A stretch of DNA of 64,000 nucleotides. Origin: an uncultured Candidatus Saccharibacteria bacterium. Lineage in GTDB: Bacteria > Patescibacteriota > Minisyncoccia > Phycocordibacterales > Phycocordibacteraceae. The notes beneath the pieces were generated by a model. The model made no database searches. It was not told the origin of the DNA and worked only from the letters and a program-made list of their open reading frames with translations. Numbering within the stretch: position 1 is the first letter of the stretch; the number at the start of each line of letters is the position of its first letter. The DNA lies in the NCBI GenBank assembly GCA_964434255.1, contig CAYSUL010000001.1, forward strand, positions 104,856-168,855, in the 5' to 3' direction. The position numbers and the translations under genes are program-made. Shown one piece after another: positions 59,121-64,000 of the stretch.

Positions 59121-59795
59121 TCACGGAGGTAAGTTCCGTGCAAATGTATCGCGAATACTTTCGAGGCATGCGTGCACATATTCGGATACATCGCGATTCC
59201 CATAGAGGATATTGCAGGTTCCATGAGTGAACCGTTGCGTGTAGGTAAGTCCGCTTCGGCTCGATGACTTGATGTATGGTTTTCGGAAAGCCGTTCTCGG
59301 CAGATCTAGTACCTCTGACCAATAATTCAATTCGGCTTCCGCATCCATGTCCTGATAAAGATGTATGCACACCTTCAATTTCTCTCTCGGCACGCCGAAC
59401 ATTTCCAGCCATTTGATAAAGAAGATCAATACCGCGGGATCCGTGTTCGATATAGCAGTAAGAGTATTCTGAGTCTTACTCCCTTCACCCCAATATAGAA
59501 ACAGGCCCGCTATGAACATTTCACGTTCGGACAGTGTAGAGACATCTTTCGCTGCGCGTTCATAGACTCCCTCAAGTCGTGTGCGTTTCTTCAGCGCCTT
59601 CGTCTCTCGACACTTCTCAATCCTGCGCTCACTCCATCCACGCAGCTCGTTGATTCGCTCTCGAGAAAGCGGATAGTCCTGCAACCAGATACTTAGTGTC
59701 CCCTTACTTACACCAAGCGCCGCTTTTATCTGGCTGTAGCTCATCTGCTGCATCCGCATTTCAAGCGCTCGCGCCTTTAATTCTCGTTTAGCCAT
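59121..59795 (-). CDS. HTH + LAGLIDADG-like domain protein (tRNA-adjacent), paralog of 22175..22876
   Basis: ALEMRMQQMSYSQI...GVSKGTLSIWL HTH; AGLFLYWGEGSK...SNTDP; YWS..L.LP...F. Confidence 0.75.
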   Translation of the reverse strand: MAKRELKARALEMRMQQMSYSQIKAALGVSKGTLSIWLQDYPLSRERINELRGWSERRIEKCRETKALKKRTRLEGVYERAAKDVSTLSEREMFIAGLFLYWGEGSKTQNTLTAISNTDPAVLIFFIKWLEMFGVPREKLKVCIHLYQDMDAEAELNYWSEVLDLPRTAFRKPYIKSSSRSGLTYTQRFTHGTCNILYGNRDVSEYVHACLESIRDTFARNLPP

Positions 59796-59868
59796 AGTAC
59801 TTAGGAGTAGTGCACACAAAGTACTAACTCCTAGTTCAAATATTCCTGGAGAAATAATAGGGGAAAGC

Positions 59869-59904
59869 TGAAAACCGCCGAGACATATGTCTCGGCGGTT
59901 TTCA
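59869..59904. terminator. 36-bp perfect palindrome / terminator after ftsH
   Basis: TGAAAACCGCCGAGACAT-ATGTCTCGGCGGTTTTCA. Confidence 0.7.
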
Positions 59905-59914
59905 TGTGAGTTAC

Positions 59915-61888
59915 CTAAATGTCTATCTTCGGCGACTCCTCGTCCTCTTTCGTCTTGGGTGTTATGCCGTTCGCAATGAGGAGCTTCTCGAATTCCTCGC
60001 GTTCGAGCGTCTCCACTTCGACGAGCTTCTCCGCGATGGCGTCGAGTGCCTTGCGATGCTCGGTGAGGACACGCCGCGCGCTTTCTTTCGCCTCTTCGAT
60101 GATACGGGTGACCTCAGCATCTATCGTCGCGGACACGTTCTGCGAGTAGATAGCGTCGCTATGGGCGCGGTCTGCGGCGAACGCGACCGGCCCTATCTTA
60201 TCCGACATGCCGTAGCGGGCGACCATGTCGCGCGCGAGTCCCACGACCACCGCAAGGTCGTTGGATGGTCCTGTCGTGAGGTCATCGAATACCATCTCTT
60301 CCGCGACATAACCGCCGAGCGTTGCGGCAATGTCGTCGAGGAATTCTTTCTTCGACTGCATTCTCCTGTCCTCGAACGGAAGCTTGAGCGTGTAGCCGCC
60401 TGCGCGTCCGCGACTGATGATGGAAATCTTGTGCACTGGGTCAGCGTACGGAAGCACCGACGAGACAAGCGCGTGACCTCCTTCGTGGTATGCGGTGACG
60501 AGCTTCTCCTTCTTCGAGAGAAGGTGGCTCTTTCGTTCGGGCCCGAGCATCACCTTCTCGATGGAGCGGATGAGGTCGTACTGCGTTATCTCCTTGCGGT
60601 TCTCGCGTGCAGCCAGGATTGCGCCCTCGTTCATGAGCGAGTAGAGCTCAGCGCCCGAGAAGCCTGGCGTGCGTTCCGCGATGACTTCAAGGTTCACGTC
60701 AGGACCGAACGGCTTCTTGCGGGAATGCACGGAAAGTATCGCGAGACGGTCCTTGCGATCCGGAAGATCGAGCATGACGCGCCTATCGAAGCGACCAGGA
60801 CGAAGGAGCGCTGGGTCGAGCACATCAGGACGGTTGGTTGCCGCGAGGATGATGACTTTCTCGTTCGGATCGAATCCATCCATCTCGACGAGTATCTGGT
60901 TCAACGTCTGCTCGCGCTCGTCGTTGCCGCCGCCAACACCCGTGCCACGCACGCGACCTACCGCGTCTATCTCATCCACGAAGATGATTGCCGGAGCGAC
61001 CTTCTTCGCCATGTTGAAGAGGTCGCGCACACGTGACGCCCCGACTCCCACGAACATCTCCACGAACTCGGAGCCCGAGATGGAGAAGAACGGTACGCCT
61101 GCCTCGCCCGCAACAGCGCGCGCAAGCATCGTCTTTCCCGTTCCTGGGGCGCCCATGAGAAGAATGCCCTTCGGGATGCGTGCACCTATATCGAGGAACT
61201 TCTTCGGGTTCTTGAGGAAGTCCACGACTTCCATGAGCTCTTCCTTCGCCTCCTTCGCGCCTGCGACGTCTGCGAACAATATGCGCTGCGTCGTATCAGC
61301 CGGGTCTATCATCTTCGCCTTGGACTGACCGAAACTGAACGCTTGCATGCCCGCTCCGCGCACCTGGCGCGTGAGGAACCAGAAGAGGATAGCGAGGAAG
61401 AGGATGGGAAGAAGTATCGGCGCGAGGTTGAAGAACCAATACTTGAAGCCCGACTCCGTCGCGATGGTTATCTGCGTACGAGTGAGCTCCTCTGGAGTGA
61501 CGCCGTATACTGCGAGCGTCTCGGGAAGTCCCTGATCCGGGTCCTTCATCGACTTCTTCTCCGTGCCGTCCGCGTACGTGAGCAGAAGCTCGTTCCCTTC
61601 TATCTTCACGACGGTGAGCGAGCCCGCCTTCACGTCCTGTGCTACCTGCGAGAGCGCTATCTCCTCCTTCGCCTTATCTCCTCCGAACAAAAGGGAGAAG
61701 ATGCTCATTAAGAGAAGGAACACGAGCACCGTCGAAAGGAGGTTGCCCATGAAGCCTGGGGTGCCAGGCGTGAGGAAATTGCGCGGGCCCTTGCCCTTGC
61801 CTGGTTTCTTGCCGCTCCCCTTCTTTGCCGATCCACCAGTCGGTGGAGTATTCGGCGAGGCTTTCTTGTTTGGGGTGATGGATGCCAT
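59915..61888 (-). CDS. ftsH: ATP-dependent zinc metalloprotease FtsH
   Basis: Two TM; [45 protein letters not shown]. Confidence 0.98.
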   Translation of the reverse strand: MASITPNKKASPNTPPTGGSAKKGSGKKPGKGKGPRNFLTPGTPGFMGNLLSTVLVFLLLMSIFSLLFGGDKAKEEIALSQVAQDVKAGSLTVVKIEGNELLLTYADGTEKKSMKDPDQGLPETLAVYGVTPEELTRTQITIATESGFKYWFFNLAPILLPILFLAILFWFLTRQVRGAGMQAFSFGQSKAKMIDPADTTQRILFADVAGAKEAKEELMEVVDFLKNPKKFLDIGARIPKGILLMGAPGTGKTMLARAVAGEAGVPFFSISGSEFVEMFVGVGASRVRDLFNMAKKVAPAIIFVDEIDAVGRVRGTGVGGGNDEREQTLNQILVEMDGFDPNEKVIILAATNRPDVLDPALLRPGRFDRRVMLDLPDRKDRLAILSVHSRKKPFGPDVNLEVIAERTPGFSGAELYSLMNEGAILAARENRKEITQYDLIRSIEKVMLGPERKSHLLSKKEKLVTAYHEGGHALVSSVLPYADPVHKISIISRGRAGGYTLKLPFEDRRMQSKKEFLDDIAATLGGYVAEEMVFDDLTTGPSNDLAVVVGLARDMVARYGMSDKIGPVAFAADRAHSDAIYSQNVSATIDAEVTRIIEEAKESARRVLTEHRKALDAIAEKLVEVETLEREEFEKLLIANGITPKTKEDEESPKIDI

Positions 61889-61932
61889 TTTTTGAGCTTA
61901 CTTCCCGACACTATACAATAAGGCGAATTGCT

Positions 61933-62802
61933 ATGGAAACGATGAAGAGAGAGCCTATCGCCATCATCACATCAGGTGGCGGCATGAAATGCGCGTATTC
62001 AGCGGGCGCTCTCGTCGCGCTCGCGAAAGAACTGAAGCTCACCTCGCCCGACATCTTCGTCTCGGCATCGGGCTCGGTGGGCGCCATGTTCTACTACCTC
62101 GCCGGCCAGTACGACGACATAGAGAAAGCGTGGACGCGGTATCTTCCCTCTCCGCAGTTCATCCGGTACGCACCATTCCCTGCGCTCCGAATCAATTACA
62201 TGGTCGATACCGTCCTCAAGCAATATCTCCCGCTCGATGTCGAGAAGGCGGAAGCGAGCAAGACGAAGTTCCTCGTGCCAGTCACCGATATACGCTCCGG
62301 CGATACACGCTTCATCGGCAATGACCTCTGGCTCAACCCGTACGAAGTGATGCGTGCCGCCACCGCGATACCGCTTCTGTATAACGGGCATGTGAATCTG
62401 GGCAGTCACAGCTATCTCGATGGCGATTTCACGACCGGTATCGCCGACCTCATCACGGCCGCCATCAACGCCGGAGCGAAGCGCATCGTCTGCATCACGA
62501 ACACCGACGCGCCCACGAAGGTGGGCAAGGCCATCCTTCGGGTATATGGAGCGCTTCTCTCTCCGGGGCTGCGCCGTGCGCTCCTGCGCGATATGGCGAT
62601 GACGCAGGATATCGAATGGCCCGGCGGCATCAAGTTCTCGCTCATCTCCCCCACCTCTCCGCTCCCGACCGTGCTGTATAGCAGGGAGCGCAGGAAGGTG
62701 GTCGAGGCGTTCACGATGGGATACGAGGACTTGCTCGCGAAGCGCGAGGAGATAGAGGAGCTATTCGGTGCCGAGCCCACTCGCGATACAGTATCGGTAT
62801 GA
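61933..62802 (+). CDS. Patatin-like phospholipase
   Basis: SGGGMK, ASGSVGA nucleophile elbow, YLDG. Confidence 0.8.
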   Translation: METMKREPIAIITSGGGMKCAYSAGALVALAKELKLTSPDIFVSASGSVGAMFYYLAGQYDDIEKAWTRYLPSPQFIRYAPFPALRINYMVDTVLKQYLPLDVEKAEASKTKFLVPVTDIRSGDTRFIGNDLWLNPYEVMRAATAIPLLYNGHVNLGSHSYLDGDFTTGIADLITAAINAGAKRIVCITNTDAPTKVGKAILRVYGALLSPGLRRALLRDMAMTQDIEWPGGIKFSLISPTSPLPTVLYSRERRKVVEAFTMGYEDLLAKREEIEELFGAEPTRDTVSV

Positions 62803-63245
62803 GCCTCATACAGAACAAGAAAGCGCACCTGCGGTTCGAGGTACTCGAGTCGTATGTCGCGGGCATGGAGCTTACCGGCGGCGAAGTGAAGAGTTTGCGT
62901 GCTAAGCATGGCTCTCTTGAAGGGGCTCGGGTGATAGTCCGAGGCGGCGAGGCGTACGTGGCCGGCATGACTATTCCCCCATACCAGGTGAAGAACACAC
63001 CCGAGGCGTATGACCCGGAGCACGTGCGCCGCCTGCTCCTTTCCAAGAAGGAAATAAGCGAGCTTTCTGACGCAGAGTCCAAGAAGGGCTTGACAGTAGT
63101 GCCTTTGGAAGTGTATAATAGTGGGAGGTACCTGAAGCTCAAGGTCGCTATCGTGCGCGGCAAAGGAAAAGCCGATAAACGAGAGGACTTGAAGCGAGCG
63201 GACGCCAAGCTCGACATCGAGCGGGCGCTTCGCGGGAAGAAATAA
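62799..63245 (+). CDS. smpB: SsrA-binding protein
   Basis: NKKA, AGMELTGGEVKSLR, RRLLL.KKEI, GKGKADKRE. Confidence 0.96.
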   Translation: MSLIQNKKAHLRFEVLESYVAGMELTGGEVKSLRAKHGSLEGARVIVRGGEAYVAGMTIPPYQVKNTPEAYDPEHVRRLLLSKKEISELSDAESKKGLTVVPLEVYNSGRYLKLKVAIVRGKGKADKREDLKRADAKLDIERALRGKK

Positions 63246-63292
63246 GCGGGCCAGTCGCGTTCCGGACACCATCTCCTGATAGTGTCCGGAAC

Positions 63293-63701
63293 GGGGGTGA
63301 CCGGCTTTGACGGTCTGTACTTTGAGAGACGTGCGACGCGATGGAAGATTGCTGACCATCTAAATCCCGCAATCAACCAATACTTGCAAACAAAACTGTT
63401 GCAAGCGTAAAGTCTCCGTACTTCGGTAAGGAAAGCTTTGCGTTCGCTTACGCGTAAAAGCTTCGCGCTTTCGCCTAAGCGACGTCTTTTTCTCTCGGTT
63501 CTCGTAGCGAGGGGAAGGGGCGGAATCTTCTACGGGATCGGCTCGTGCTCTCCTAGGCACCGAGCTTAAACAACAGGATCAGGAAGGAGCGTTTTCGCTA
63601 GCGTTCTTATTCTCCTTCTGAAGCATCAACACTAGCTATGCGTCGTAGATTCGTCCTCAAAGCCAGATTCGGACCGGAGTTCAACTCTCCGCACCTCCAC
63701 C
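63293..63701 (+). ncRNA. ssrA: tmRNA; tag ORF 63386-63457 ANKTVASVKSPYFGKESFAFAYA*
   Basis: 5' GGGGGTG pairs with 3' CACCTCC-A (G3-U70); GAGTTCAACTCTC T-arm; directly after smpB. Confidence 0.93.
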
Positions 63702-63707
63702 TAGTTT

Positions 63708-63737
63708 CACTAAAGGCCTCGAAAGAGGCCTTTAGTG
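63708..63737. terminator. Terminator after ssrA
   Basis: CACTAAAGGCCTC-GAAA-GAGGCCTTTAGTG. Confidence 0.75.
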
Positions 63738-63796
63738 TTGGCGTGTCTTGATGGATTGGAGGTTCTAATCTTTCGCAGCAACCTCTAAAAATTCCC

Positions 63797-64000
63797 CTAC
63801 CTCTCAGCCACAAAGATTGCATCCATGCCGTTCCTGAAAATTCGTTCTATCTTCTTAAACTCATACTTTTCTAAGAAAGCTTTTTGTTCACTTTCGGTGA
63901 ATTTAATCTTCTCGTCTTGAAGGTAATGCTTAGTCCATTCTTCTTTGACGTCCGGCCTTCCTATTTCGTCGTACACCTCGAACGCCTCAATCTGCTCCTG
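63797..64000 (-). CDS. C-terminal fragment of a low-GC protein, possibly a class I SAM methyltransferase
   Basis: Manual translation ...EEWTKHYLQDEKIKFTESEQKAFLEKYEFKKIERIFRNGMDAIFVAER*. Confidence 0.45.
   Translation of the reverse strand, partial: QEQIEAFEVYDEIGRPDVKEEWTKHYLQDEKIKFTESEQKAFLEKYEFKKIERIFRNGMDAIFVAER

Overview
About 60% GC bacterial chromosomal window (genetic code 11). Gene content and organisation point to Patescibacteria/CPR (Parcubacteria-like, by inference): a complete type IV pilus/comF cluster, short prfB, pyrG-ftsXE, gatCA-ligA, recG, ftsH and smpB-ssrA, plus very compact promoters that look leaderless. Eight tRNA genes and tmRNA were read directly from the sequence. 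Highlights: (1) tRNA-Asp(GUC) is split in its anticodon by a 208-nt group I intron. (2) Two paralogous HTH + LAGLIDADG-like genes each sit immediately 5' of a tRNA, Met(CAU) and Ile(UAU); these two tRNAs share an almost identical non-canonical T-arm (A54/U58 instead of T54/A58), and an HNH gene sits in the same position before tRNA-Thr(CGU). (3) A class II (B12-dependent) ribonucleotide reductase is apparently co-transcribed with an S-component-like membrane protein and two transcobalamin-like (DUF4430, alpha/alpha barrel) surface proteins, a candidate cobalamin-scavenging system. (4) Accessory modules for copper (CsoR-CopA), NirK and persulfide detoxification. (5) A 66-bp perfect repeat shared by two tandem pilin genes. 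Product names come from recognising motifs by eye; no database searches were run.
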